Assembly: GCA_964016885.1 (NCBI GenBank)
Contig: OZ024757.1
Location: 22,444,001 to 22,508,000, forward strand
Direction: 5' to 3'
From: Eledone cirrhosa
Lineage: Eukaryota
Length of the DNA stretch: 64,000 bases
Below, piece after piece: positions 49,921 to 63,798 of this stretch. The translations under genes were made by a program, and so were the position numbers. The notes beneath the pieces were generated by a model. The model was not told the DNA's origin and made no database searches. It was given only the letters and a program-made list of their open reading frames with translations. Numbering within the stretch: position 1 is the stretch's first letter; every line of letters starts with the position of its first letter.

Positions 49921-50311
49921 GGAGGCACATGGCTTAGTGGTTAGAGATTTGGCCTTGCAATCGAAAGGTTGTGAGTTCAATTCTCAGACGGGGTGATGTG
50001 TTGTTTCCTTGAGCAAAACACTTTATTTCACATTGCTCCAGTTTACTCAGCTGTAGAAATGAGATGATAGGGACTGGGGTCCCTATCATTCCACTGCAAA
50101 GTGGTCGTGGAGGTGCCACGGCAAAAAAGCACCCAGCCCACACTGTAAAGTTGACCTGTAGGCGCCATGGAAAAAAATAGCACCCAGCACTCACTGTAAA
50201 TGAGGTTGGTGTTAGGAAGGGCATCCAGCTGTAGAAATCAAGCCAGAACCAGTTCCCGTCCCACCCTTGCAAGCAGGGAAAAAGCAGATGTAAAATGAAA
50301 TGATGATGATG
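49921..50311 (+). mobile_element. Full-length SINE family A (short tail), nested in a family B copy
   Basis: GGAGGCACATGGCTTAGTGG ... AAGCAGGGAAAAAGCAGATGTAAAATGAAATGATGATG. Confidence 0.92.
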
Positions 50312-50514
50312 AATGTAGAAAGACGTAACTAAATACTACAAAACATTTTGTAGTATTTAGCCAAACCACTGTCCTATTAATGCTTTTTAACAGAGGCATA
50401 AGGCCAGTAATTTTTGGGGGTAAGGAAAGTCAATTATATCAACCCCAATACTTGACTGGTTCCTTATTTTATTGACTCTGGAAGGATGAAAGGCAAACTT
50501 GACCTTGGCATGAT

Positions 50515-51032
50515 TTGTAACTGTAACTATGACAACAGCAGTGGTTGACTTGAAACTGAAACTAACTGTCAAACTATAGCTATAATGAAATCAGCTGTGG
50601 TGACTGGTCACAGACATAGCCTTCAAACTGTAACTATGGCAACAGTGGTTGATTAGTAACAGAAATGACTGTCAAACTTTAACTATGGCAACAGTGGTTG
50701 ACTAGAAAAACAGAAATGACTTAAACTGTAACTATGGCAACAGTGGTTGGCTAGAAAAACAGAAATGACTGTCAAACTGCAACTATGGCAACAGTGGTTG
50801 ACTAGAAAAACAGAAATAACTGTCAAACTGTAACTATGGCAACAGAAGTTGACTAGAGAAACAAAAATAACTGTCAAACTCTAACTATGGCAACAGTGGT
50901 TGACTAGAAAAAACAGAAATGACTGTCAAACTGCAACTATGGCAACAGTGGTTGACTAGAGAAACAGAAATAACTGTTAAACTGTAACTATGGCAACAGT
51001 GGTTGACGAGTAATAGAAATAACTGTCAAACT
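50515..51032. repeat. ~50-bp minisatellite, ~8 good units plus degenerate ones (TCAAACTGTAACTATGGCAACAGTGGTTGACTAGAAAAACAGAAATGACTG)
   Basis: Unit starts at about 50623, 50672, 50721, 50772, 50823, 50874, 50926 and 50977. Confidence 0.92.
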
Positions 51033-51086
51033 GAGAGACAAAGACAAGACAAACAAGACTGGGAAGGTTTCATATGATAAAAGTGT

Positions 51087-51180
51087 GGGTGGCAGGAGCG
51101 GTGGGGTGGCGGGGTGGCAGGAGCGGTGGGGTGGCGGGGTGGCAGGAGCGGTGGGGTGGCGGGGTGGCAGGTCGGAGGGG
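51087..51180 (+). repeat. G-rich 25-bp tandem repeat x3 (GGTGGCAGGAGCGGTGGGGTGGCGG), G-quadruplex-prone
   Basis: Six GGGG runs in about 70 nt. Confidence 0.85.
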
Positions 51181-51505
51181 TATCACATGATTAACCAACA
51201 GAACATTTTATAAAAAAACAGTAATTTCATTCTCAGTTTACAGGTGTGTATTAATAGCTGTGTATGTGTGTGTGTATGTATGTGTGTATGAGTGAGTGAT
51301 TGCCAATGTGCATCAGTGTGTGTGTGTATGAGTGTGTATGTGCATGTGATTACCATTGTGTGAATGTGTGTGCATATATATGTGTGTATATATAAGTGTG
51401 TGTGTGTGATTGCCAGTGTGTGAGAGTGTGTATGTATGTGTGATTGACAATGAGTGCATGTATGTGTATATAGGTGTGTGTGATTACCAGTGTGTGAGAT
51501 TTTTT

Positions 51506-51551
<46 letters not shown>

Positions 51552-52129
51552 TGTGTGATTGCCAATGTGCATGTGTGTATGCATGTGACTGTGTGACTGC
51601 CAATGAGAGAGAATCTCGTGTGTGTGTGTGCATATATATGTGTGAGAGACTGTCTGTATGTGATTGCTAATGTGAGTGAGGTTATGTGTGTGTATGTATG
51701 TATGTGTGTGTGTTCATGTGTCATGGACAGTGTGTATGTGTCTATGTGCATGTATGAATGAGTATAAACCTGTGTAGTGGTGGTGGTGGTGGTGGTAGTG
51801 GTGGTGGTGGTGGTGGTGGTGGTGGTGGTAGGGTAAAATAAATGCTGTTCAAGTCCAGATTAAATTTTAAACAAAAACAGTGTTCAGTGTTAAGTTCTAG
51901 ATTCATGGCATTGATCTGTTGAGAGATAAACCACCACCTGGATAGGAAGATAGTCTATAGAATGAAACTTTCCCAAAGGGTATGGTAGCATTTCTTGTCA
52001 CTTAGGAAGAGCAAGATTATTCAGAATAAAAATTTTCGAGAAAGATTAAAAAAGAAAAAACCAAGTCTGTGTGTTTATCTAACTGCATATATGTATGTAC
52101 TCATTTGTGTAGGTATACAAACGCGTACA

Positions 52130-54185
52130 TATATATATGCATGTGTATATGTCTGTATCCATCTATGTATATATATATAAGTATGTGTACATGTGAGGGG
52201 GTATATATGTATGTATGTATGTATACATACGTGTATATATGCATGTGTATATGTCTGTATCCATCTATGTATATATATAAGTATGTGTACATGTGAGGGG
52301 GTATATATGTATGTATGTATGGATACATACATGTATATATGCATGTGTATATGTCTATATCCATCTATGTATATATATAAGTATGTGTACATGTGAGGGG
52401 GTATATATGTATGTATGTATGTATACATACATGTATATATGCATGTGTATATGTCTGTAACCATCTATGTATATATATAAGTATGTGTACATGTGAGGTG
52501 GTATATATGTATGTATGTATACATACATGTATATATGCATGTGTATATGTCTGTATCCATCTATGTATATATATAAGTATGTGTACATGTGAGGTGGTAT
52601 ATATGTATGTATGTATGTATACATACATGTATATATGCATGTGAATATGTCTGTATCCATACATGTGTATATATATGTGTGTACATGTGAGGTGGTATAT
52701 ATATATGTATGTATTTATACATACATGTATATATGCATGTGTATATGTCTGTAACCATCTATGTATATATATAAGTATGTGTACATGTGAGGTGGTATAT
52801 ATGTATGTATGTATACATACATGTATATATGCATGTGTATATGTCTGTATCCATCTATGTATATATATAAGTATGTGTACATGTGAGGTGGTATATATGT
52901 ATGTATGTATGTATACATACATGTATATATGCATGTGAATATGTCTGTATCCATACATGTGTATATATATGTGTGTACATGTGAGGTGGTATATATATAT
53001 GTATGTATTTATACATACATGTATATATGCATGTGTATATGTCTGTATCCATCTATGTATATATATAAGTATGTGTACATGTGAGGGGGTATATATGTAT
53101 GTATGTATACATACATGTATATATGCATGTGTATATGTCTGTATCCATCTATGTATATATATAAGTATGTGTACATGTGAGGGGGTATATATATATGTAT
53201 GTATACATACATGTATATATGCATGTGTATATGTCTGTATCCATACATGTGTATATATAAGTATGTGTACATGTGAGGTGGTATATATGTATGTATGTAT
53301 ACATACATGTATATATGCATGTGTATATGTCTGTATCCATACATGTGTATATATATATAAGTATGTGTACATGTGAGGTGGTATATATGTATGTATACAT
53401 ACATGTATATATGCATGTGTATATGTCTGTATCCATACATGTATATATATAAGTATGTGTACATGTGAGGTGGTATATATGTATGTATGTATACATACAT
53501 GTATATATGCATGTAAATATGTCTGTATCCATCTATGTATATATATAAGTATGTGTACATGTGAGGTGGTATATATGTATGTATGTATACATACATGTAT
53601 ATATGCATGTGAATATGTCTGTATCCATACATGTGTATATATATGTGTGTACATGTGAGGTGGTATATATATATATGTATGTATGTATACATACATGTAT
53701 ATATTCATGTGTATATGTCTGTATCCATACATGTGTATATATATAAGTATGTGTACACGTGAGGTGGTATATATGTATGTATACATACATGTATATATGC
53801 ATGTGTATATGTCTGTATCCATACATGTGTATATATATAAGTATGTGTACATGTGAGGTGGTATATATGTATGTATACATACATGTATATATGCATGTGT
53901 ATATGTCTGTATCCATCTATGTATATATTTAAGTATGTGTACATGTGAGGGGGTATATATGTATGTATGTATACATACATGTATATATGCATGTGTATAT
54001 GTCTGTATCCATACATGTATATATATAAGTATGTGTACATGTGAGGTGGTATATATGTATGTATACATACATGTATATATGCATGTGTATATGTCTGTAC
54101 CCATACATGTATATATATAAGTATGTGTACATGTGAGGTCGTATATATGTATGTATACATACATGTATATATGCATGTGTACATG
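52130..54185. repeat. ~92-104-bp satellite, ~21 units, built from TA/TG microsatellite motifs
   Basis: The anchor GTACATGTGAGG(G/T)GG recurs about every 100 bp. Confidence 0.92.
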
Positions 54186-54615
54186 CATGTATATTTGTGT
54201 CGGTTGGCATGTAAGTATGTATATCTCTGTTTTGTACATGCATGTATGCATGTGTGTGTATGTATGTCTATGTGTGTGTGTATCTGTGTGTGTGTGTATG
54301 TATATGTCTGTGTAGAAGTCAATGGGTGATATGATATACCCACTATTTTTTCTTGGGGATACAATGATATCGAGATAATCTATATGAAAAATTGGATATG
54401 TAAAATGCTTATATGCATATCATATAATATAATATATATATATATATATACACACTTACATATTTCATGATATAAATATACATACATATTCCATATAATA
54501 TATACATATTCATAAAATATATATATACATGCTCATAAAATATATATATATAAATACATATTCATATAATATATTCATAGTCATAATATATATATATATA
54601 TATACACAGCTCATA

Positions 54616-54674
<59 letters not shown>

Positions 54675-54741
54675 TATATACATATATATATATGTGTGTG
54701 TGTGTATACATAAATACATATTCATAAAATATATATATATA

Positions 54742-54897
54742 TAATTGTTTCTACTTTAGGCACAAGGCCAGCAAATACCCAGTGCATTACTGGTACTTTA
54801 TTTTATCGACCCCGTAAGGATGAAAGGCAAAGTCAACCTTGGCGGGATTTGAACTCAGATCGTAAAGGGACGTAACTATGCTGGAAAGCATGGCGTA
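54742..54897 (-). mobile_element. SINE family B, 5'-truncated, in (TA)n
   Basis: Matches the family consensus. Confidence 0.88.
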
Positions 54898-55315
54898 TAT
54901 ATATATAATACTCATATAATATATATATATATATACACATATATAGTTCACATAATATATATATATACACAGTTCATATGATATATATATATGTGTTTAC
55001 ATATATATATATATATTCATAAAATATATATATATATATACATACTCATATAATATATATATATATATATATATACACAGTTCATATGATATATATATAT
55101 ATGTGTGTGTGTGTGTCTACATATATATATATATATATCATATGAACTGTGTATATATATTATGTGAACTATTTATGTGTGTATATATATATAAACGTTT
55201 GTATATGTATAATAAAGCCAAAACAATGCAGACATGGACATAGAATAAAGAATGCAAATGCAAAAGATATTGTTGACAATTAGTCTTTTACCTTAGATTT
55301 ATTTAAATGTCCTAA

Positions 55316-55368
<53 letters not shown>

Positions 55369-55882
55369 ATATATATATGTATACACATGTGATATATATA
55401 TGTATACCGATGATATATATATATATCATTGTTTTTACATCCATTTTTCCATGCTTCCACACACACACACACATATATATAATCTTCACATATATTGTAC
55501 ACACAAAATTTGTAAATTACATAACATGCACATTTGTGTGAGTGTGACTGTGTGTTTGTGTTTGTGTGTGTGTGTGTTTGTGCGTGTGTGTTTGTGTGTG
55601 TGTCTGTGTGTGTTTGTGTGTATTTGTGTGTATGTGTGTGTATGCAGGAAATAAGTTTTGTGAATAAGGAAATATGCTTTAGAATTTATCATTAGCAAGT
55701 TGTGTGTTGGGGGGGGGGGGGGCTGGAAGGCTACAAGAGGTTTTATGAACATAACAGAAGTTAGACCAAACAATCCATGGAAATGTGACATTGCTATGGA
55801 AATTATACTCTTACACTTTTGTTTTTATTAGTTTCAGTCATATATATACACACAAACCCTATACATACATACACACACACAC

Positions 55883-56885
55883 CATCATCATCATCGTTTA
55901 ACGTCCATCTTCCACGTTAGCATGAGTTTGGACGGGAATTTTTCCACTTGAGGCAAGATTGGTTGTCTTGCTCGTATAGGACTGTCTGGCGGGTTTCCTA
56001 CGGCTGGATGCCCTTCCTAACACCAACCACATTTACAGTGTGGAGTGGGAGGTTTTTACCGTGTTACCTACATCGCCACATTACAGCGTGGACTGTGTGT
56101 TTTTTTGTCATGACACCTACACGACCTCATTTATTTAGGACTGGATGTTGTGGTACCAACATAACTTTACATCGAAAGGGGTGGTGTGGATAGTGGGACG
56201 GGGGTGTATTTGTTATTAAGAGGTGCCTACTGACTGTTGGTTTCGCTTTGTACTTAGGCAAGGCGGGTCTTCTGTATTACTGCGTAGCACCAAAGATCTG
56301 TGTGTGAGGTCGGAATTTATCAAGTTGTCCCAGGTTTTTCTGGGTCTGCCTACTCTGTGGCTATCATCTATTGTTATCGCCCTGCACTTTTTTATACAGC
56401 TGTCGTCTTTCATGCACATCACGTGACCATACCAACGTAGTCTTCTCTCGAGTAAACAGCATCTGATCCCTCTTATTCCTAATTTCTCACTTAGTTCATT
56501 TATGCTTTGCCGTTCACGTATATTACTATTACACATCCAACGGAGCATGCAAGCTTCGTTCTTCTCCAGTCTGCGTAGATCCTCTGCACACAATGCCCAA
56601 GTCTCACTGCCATGTAACATCACTGTTCGTATGCAGGCATCATACAGCCTGCCTTTCATTTTTAGAGAGAAACCTTTAGCGGCCAATAGTGGTATAAGCT
56701 CTCTGAACTTTTTCCATCCCATTCTGACTCTATTTACTGTACTTTCAGAGCACCCTCCACCACTGCTGATTTTGTCACCCAGGTAACGGAAGGTGTCCAC
56801 TATTTCTATAGAACCATCTGTGCAATGGAATGAGCTAGTATTTTTTCTGGGCACTTGCTGCTACTTAGTGCACCTGAGCACTGGC
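55883..56885 (-). mobile_element. 5'-truncated RTE LINE (RT C-terminal ORF remnant plus 3' UTR)
   Basis: ORF 56216-56854: DTFRYLGDKISSGGGCSES..GWKKFRELIPLL..MLHGSETW..RRLRWYGHV..GRPRKTWD. Confidence 0.92.
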
Positions 56886-57159
56886 CACATATATATATAC
56901 ATACACACACACACACAACTAAAAAACACACACACAACAAATAAATACATACACACACATACATAGATACACACACATACATACATACATACACACATAC
57001 ATAAACACACACACACACATATATATATAACGTTAAGACCCTCTTCCTGCTATATCCCTTCCATATACTGTACCGATTGTGTTTACCTTTTACACACACA
57101 CACACTCACACACATACTTCCAGAACACCTTACTGTCAGGGCTGGTTGGTATGCGCTGC

Positions 57160-57350
57160 TCAAATTGAAGCACTGCCTTTTTTGTCACCTGTTTGAGGTG
57201 GTTGGACAATCTATTTCGCCTCTTCCTATTAATGTCTGATTTGTGAAGTTTGTACTCACGTTCAGCATTGCGCCGTTCTTTTCTGGCAAGACGAACTGCT
57301 GCAGTCTCCCAAATTGCACTTTTGGGATGTTTTTTTCCGCTTACGTGGCT
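57160..57350 (-). pseudogene. Probable LINE ORF2 linker fragment (endonuclease-RT spacer)
   Basis: Translation KHPKSAIWETAAVRLARKERRNAEREYKLHKSDINRKRRNRLSNHLKQV resembles the W..(R/K)..RR.AER motif of L2/CR1/Jockey-group LINEs. Confidence 0.45.
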
Positions 57351-58556
57351 ATATTTTAAAATCTATTCACACACACAAATTGAACTGGGTATTACTAACA
57401 CTCCCCCACACTCCTCTACACACACAGCACCACCTCCACCATCACCATAACAACACCATGGACCATGGCATAGCCATAACACCATAAACCAACCCTGTCA
57501 TCGCCATCCACCATTACCACCCCATCCAGTCAGCTTCCAACCTCAGCATTTCACTGTAACTATTGATAATCTCATTTAAATTTACAACTCAAAATAAAAG
57601 AAAAATACAAGAATACTACCACCACCACTTCTACTGTTACTACTACTACTAGTGATAATAATAATAATAATAATAATAATAATGGTAATAATGATTTCTT
57701 TATTAACCACAAAGGTAATAATAATAATGGTAATAATAATTTGTTTTCATTCATAAAAATAAAATAACTATCCAACTAAGAATTTTGACATTTTGTGGCA
57801 AGTATTTTCACTATTGAATGAAATGCTAAAATACTTTTAAAATTTTTGCTGGCACGAAAATAAATTAAAAATGTTAAACATGCAAAAGAATAAAAATAAA
57901 ATGAAATAAAATTAAATAAAATAAGTTATAACCAAGAAACAACAAAAACAAACAACTAAACAAATAGCAGTAAAAACATCAAATAAAAACAACCAATCAA
58001 AAACAAGCTAACTTTCCTCTTTACAAAGCAGCTCAATTTCTATTGAATTATCTGAAATATAACTAAATTATTGAATTACACTAAACAGAGAGTTTTCATC
58101 CCGCAGTCATTGAGAGAATCATGGCTTTTTGGTTGTTTGTTGTTGCTATTATGTCTTTAGGTTTTCCTGTTTGTTTGTTTTTTTTTCTTTCCTGAAATAA
58201 TTCATTCTTATTTATTTATTTACTTATTTACTCACAAATTAAATGGCAAATTGAAGATTTTAGCAGCTAAACTGACCTAATATAATTTGCATCAATATTT
58301 CTGGTAAGAATTCAATTAAAGTTCTATCTTTCTAACCAATTGTTTATATATATTTCTCACTCTCTTTCTTCTATTTCTGGGAATCAGTATGTTTAAAGAA
58401 GAATATCACATAATATAATAGTTCCATTAGTTTTATGAGATTGCAAGAGGCATTGTTTTAGAAATTAGATTGTAGACGTACAACCAAAACTTTTCCACAC
58501 TCTACAGTATAGTGAGAGATAAGATGAAAACTGATGTAATATTACATATGTGTGTT

Positions 58557-59345
58557 TTAACCCTTTCATTATCATATTTCTAATGATAGACACCGTCATG
58601 ATTTCCAAATTATTTTCAAAATAATCAAGAATTTGGAGGAATTTAGTAGTATAACTAACTTTCTCTTTACTAAGCTGTTCTTTTGAGTTGTTACTTAACA
58701 AAATAAAATTGTGATGGAAGATTTTTAAATAGATTTAAACACTTTATCCCTTTCCTTACCATATTTCTAATGAAAGACTATCCATTGTTTTTAAATAATT
58801 TTGAAAATAATCACGAATTTGCAGAGATTTAGTAATACAACTAACTTTCTCTTTACTAAGCAGATATTTGAGACAAAGTTCTTATATAAAATTATGATGG
58901 AAAGTTTTTAGGTATAAATATGATATAAACAATTTAACCCTTTTGTAACTATATTTCTAAGGAAAAGCACAACATATAATTCCTTTTTTAAAGTCAAGAA
59001 ATTAGAGGGATTTAATAATATAATTTTGGTATTGTTAAGCTGGCGTTTGAGATATAACAAAGGATCCTACATAAAATTATAATGGAATATTTTTAGATGA
59101 TTATAAATACTTTAACTCTTTCATTACCATATTTCCAATGAAAGACAATAACCATGATTTTCAAATAATCATGAATTTGAGGGATTTAGTAATATAACAA
59201 TGTTTCCCCTTAATAAGTGGATGTCTGGAACAAAGGTTCTTACATAAAATTTTGACGTAAGATTTTTACATAAATACTTTACAAGAAAGAGAGTTGTATC
59301 ACAGAACCAAGAGCAGTTTGAAGTAGATTGTTATAGTAATGGTTA
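58557..59345 (+). mobile_element. Tandem array of four piggyBac-like MITE family 2 units
   Basis: TTAACCCTTT-like starts at ~58557, 58744, 58934 and 59112; a single right end ATAGTAATGGTTAA. Confidence 0.7.
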
Positions 59346-59409
59346 AAGGTAGTAATGTAGTTACTTGGGACAAGCATTAGAGCACTGAATTAAATATAAT
59401 AATAATAAT

Positions 59410-59542
59410 AATTGTTTCTACTTTTGGCACAAGGCCAGCAATTATCCCAGTGTATCACTGGTACTTTATTTTATCGACCTCGTAAGGATGAAAGGCAAAG
59501 TTAACCTCGGCAAGATTTGAACTCAGACCATAAAGGGCCGTA
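59410..59542 (-). mobile_element. SINE family B, partial
   Basis: Matches the family consensus. Confidence 0.85.
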
Positions 59543-59576
59543 GTTTGGTGTAGTTTGGGCGAATTTCGCTAAGTAT

Positions 59577-60045
59577 TAGGCATCTCTAACAAAATACACC
59601 CCCGTCCCACCCCATCCACACCGCCCCCTTCAATGCAAAGTTATGTTGGTGCCACAACATCCAGGCCGAAACAAACGAGATCGTGTAGGTGTCACGACAA
59701 AAAAACACACAGTCCACACTGTAATGTGACCGTGTAGGCAACACGGTAAAAACCTCCCAGTCCCACACTGTAAATGTGGTTGGTGTTAGGAAGGGCATCC
59801 AGCTGTAGAAAACACGCCAGACAGTCCACGCTGTAATGTGGCCGTGTAGGCAACACGGTAAAAACCTCCCAGCCCCACACTGTAAATGTGGTTGGTGTTA
59901 GGAAGGGCATCCAGCTGTAGAAAACCCGCTAGACAGTCCTATGCGAGCAAGACAACCACTCTTGCCTCAAGTGGGAAAACCCTCGTCCAAACCCATGCAA
60001 GCGTGGAACACGGATGTTAAACGATGATGATGATGATGACGATGA
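59577..60045 (+). mobile_element. RTE 3' end with a 112-bp tandem duplication
   Basis: Near-identical to 27447-27933. Confidence 0.9.
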
Positions 60046-60402
60046 TTTGCTCTGGCTCCTTGCATTCTAGGCTTTTATTTTCACTGAGGGCATCTTTTCT
60101 TTACCATGGGTCAATAAACATCTGCAACAATGAGGAAAGGCAGAGCAGGGGTTGGGGGAGACACAAGAGGGCCCCAAGATTGATAAACGAACCAAAATGC
60201 TTGTTGACTAACGTTTGAACTATTTTAAAACAAATAGCAAATATATTAAACCTGTAGTTATCATATTTCTAACAATATATACTATTTTAATTAATTTAGA
60301 AGAATTTGAAAGGATTTATTAAAATTATCAATTATTTCAAAATTTGTTTTTGCTCTTAATGTGGTGGATACCTAAATGTATTTGTGAGTGAATAATAATA
60401 AT

Positions 60403-60585
60403 AACTGTTTCTACTTTTGGCACAAGGCCAGCAATTATCCCAGTGCATTACTGGTACTTTATTTTATCGACCCCGCAAGGATGAAAGGCAAAGTTAATCT
60501 CAGCGGGATTTGAACTCAGACTGTAAAGGAGTGTAACTCTATACTGCAAAGCATAGCATCCGACCGTCTACCGATACTGAAAATC
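60403..60585 (-). mobile_element. SINE family B
   Basis: Matches the family consensus. Confidence 0.88.
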
Positions 60586-60599
60586 TACCGTAATATTAT

Positions 60600-60874
60600 A
60601 AAATTAGGTAGTAACATGTGCTTATGCCGTATTTGACTAAATAGAATTAGTCTGTTAGTTGGGATTTTAAAAAACCCTCTGAATGGAAAAAAAGGAAGAG
60701 TATTGATGTACATGGGCCACAAACCCACATCTTTGGTTTGCCAGACCAATGTGCTACCATTACACCAACACACCACCCATGCTTCCTTCCATTCAATTAG
60801 AAGCTATGTAACTAACTAACAGACCAATTCTATTTAGTCAAATACGGCATAAGCACACGTTACTTTCTAATTTT
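60600..60874. mobile_element. Element with ~60-bp inverted repeats enclosing a tRNA-like sequence
   Basis: AAAATTAGGTAGTAACATGTGCTTATGCCGTATTTGACTAAATAGAATTAGTCTGTTAGTT versus its reverse complement at 60814-60874. Confidence 0.8.
60704..60774 (-). pseudogene. tRNA-like cloverleaf, anticodon GGC (Ala), degenerate T-loop
   Basis: GGTGTGT/GTACATC acceptor, GTGTAATGGTAGCAC D-arm, TTGGT-CTGGCAA-ACCAA anticodon arm, GTGGG-TTTGTGG-CCCAT T-arm, with a T7 run shortly downstream. Confidence 0.6.
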
Positions 60875-61207
60875 CAAATTCGCTAGCTGCTTCTAAACAA
60901 AGCCTGCTTTGTATCTCCCTATAAATAATAATATAATCGTATCATAACTTTTCAGCTACCACTGAAACAAAAGGATGACATCGCCATCTCTACCACGTGG
61001 TGTTTTATTGAGGCTGTTGTAAACAAACCGAATATAAATATTGTTATGACATTATTATTATGTTATTATTCTTGTCTCACGAATATTAATTATTTTATTA
61101 TTGAGATACTATAACAAACTATGCTGGAAGGTTTTTATTTGAATAAGAACCCTTTAAAATGAATGGGTTTGTTATATAGAACCTGAGCTATATTTCTAAT
61201 GGCATAC

Positions 61208-61395
61208 ATGGATTGGCAGTATTAGTAGAGGGTCGGACGCCATGCTTTGATGTATAGAGTTACGGTCCTTGCCATTCTGAGTTCAAATCTTGCCGAGGTT
61301 AACTTTGCCTTTCATCCTTACAGGGTCGATAAAATAAAGTACCTGTAATGCACTGGTTAATTGCTGGCCTTGTGCCAAACGTGGAAACAATTATT
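61208..61395 (+). mobile_element. SINE family B
   Basis: Matches the family consensus. Confidence 0.9.
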
Positions 61396-62463
61396 TTAAT
61401 TATTTAATGAGGAAGTAAATATTATTTGATTAAGAAAATAATTGAAAGAAATGGCTCTCAAATTATTTTGGAAGGTTTTTATCTAAATAAGAACCCTTTA
61501 AACCTTTTGTAACTGCCTTTCTAATGAAATACACCGTTTCAATTAATTAATTACGAATTTTGAGGAATTTATTGAAATTAAGAATTATTTCATTACAAAT
61601 TTAGTAACTTAATATAAGGTTCTTATATAAAATCATGTTGGAAAATTTTAATTTAAATTGGAAACCTTTATAATAAGTGACTTTATTTCATAGAACCAAA
61701 GGCAGTTTTGGCCAATATGATATGAGAAGAGTTTACGGGGTGGGGGGAAATTTCCTTCCATATGATACAATGTTTCTTGTTATGTTCAAGACTTCTTCCA
61801 CGAAAGATTTCAATTACTTCAGTTCCTAAACAGTTCTCTCTTTAAATATACATGATATTCAATCGTATTCATGAAGCACTGAGAATATTTGAATGTTGAA
61901 ACTATGTCAGTTAACATACTTTCGAAATACACAATAATGTTTGTGGAACCAATTTGTTGGGGGAATGTTATTTGTTTGTAATTTTCATTGTTATTTGTGT
62001 ATGTTTGTTGTTGCTGTTTTTTTTTTAAATTTTGTTCCTTTAAAAGAGAATTATAATAAAGGAAACTTTATAATAAGGGAAAGCAATGCAATATAAGTTT
62101 AAGTTTGTTGTGTTGTCTAGCAATAACAATTACCATTTGTAGAATTGCGTCTGGATGGTTTCAATTTAATGTTAGAAGTGGCAAATATATGTTCTTTGAG
62201 AGGCAGCCATAGAGGAAATACTGCATAGTTCCAAACATTGGAATTATATGCTTTCATTGTTATATATATATATATATATATATATACGGCAGACGTAAAA
62301 TGAAGATGATATACACAAACACACACACACACACACACACACATATTTATATATATATATATATATACAATTCAATATATATATGTATACATATATGCAT
62401 ACACACATATATATATATATATACAATTCAATATATATATGTATACATATATGCATACACATA

Positions 62464-62510
<47 letters not shown>

Positions 62511-62514
62511 ACAT

Positions 62515-62575
<61 letters not shown>

Positions 62576-62660
62576 TCAATATATATATGTATACATATAT
62601 GCATACATATATATATATATATGATATATACATATATACATGATATATACATATATACAA

Positions 62661-62715
<55 letters not shown>

Positions 62716-63100
62716 CTAATATATATATATATATATGTGTGTGTGTATATTTATATATATACATATATATAAAACTGTTTTGTTTTGCTTTGTCTGTTGT
62801 TGTTTCTTGGTTTTATCAAAGAGAAAGCCACATAAAATATATTGTATAAAATAAAAACCTAGAGACGGAACTATTTAACAATAAAAACGAAACAAGAATT
62901 ACACATACACACAGACAGACGGAGAGACAGACATATACAAGTAGAGAAAGCGAATGTATAACAGTTCAAATACTTAATATTGATCTATTTTAGTACTTTA
63001 GTTCTAACATAGAATATTGATAAAAGAACAGTAAAGTGAAAAATACAAATGAATAGATAGAATTAAAAACAAACATCAAGCCATTTTGAGATGCCATATG

Positions 63101-63148
<48 letters not shown>

Positions 63149-63150
<2 letters not shown>

Positions 63151-63382
63151 AAAAAAACACACAGTCCACGCTGTAATGTGGCCGTGTAGGTAACACGGTA
63201 AAAAGTTCCCAGTTCTACACTGTAAATGTGGTTGGTGTTAGGAAGGGCATCCAGCCGGAGAAAACCTGCCAGATAGTCCTATATGAGTGAGACACGGTCA
63301 GTCGACCAACCTTGCCTCAAGTGGGACAACTCCCGTCTAACCCATGCTAGCGTGGAAGATGGATGTTAAACGAAGATGATGA

Positions 63383-63386
<4 letters not shown>
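63149..63386 (+). mobile_element. RTE 3' UTR fragment between (TA)n arrays
   Basis: ACAGTCCACGCTGTAATGTGG..GGAAGGGCATCC..CATGCTAGCGTGGAAGA..(GAT)n. Confidence 0.88.
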
Positions 63387-63422
<36 letters not shown>

Positions 63423-63798
63423 ACATATCTATGTATACATATATATGTATATATATATATACACATACATAAATATGTATATATATATGTATATATATAT
63501 ATATGTATATATATATATACATACTTATATATGTTTGGTGAACTGCTCCTCATACAACACATTAAGGGACCCTTTCTAGCTGCTATTAAAACTTAGCAGA
63601 GGCCCTGTTTGAATAGAGGAGCCCTGTTTTGGAGAGGCTGGAGGGGAGGCCTGTTCCTAGAAAGGGCTTTGTTTGACAAGGGGTGCATTGGCTATTCACC
63701 CACTCCACCCCATGACAAGGGTTAAATGGGTCTTCACAGACGGAAGTAGGCATGATGATTATGATGATGATATAGCTTGTGATTGTTAACTACAAAAT

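Noticed and set aside
49921-49995. tRNA genes at SINE A heads (also 2430-2506, 19556, 41603, 63799)
   Set aside because: They continue into a common SINE body and tail, so they are tRNA-derived heads rather than genes.
52365-54251. 628-aa ORF and overlapping ORFs
   Set aside because: Translation of a TA/TG-based satellite (Y/I/H/T/M/C only).
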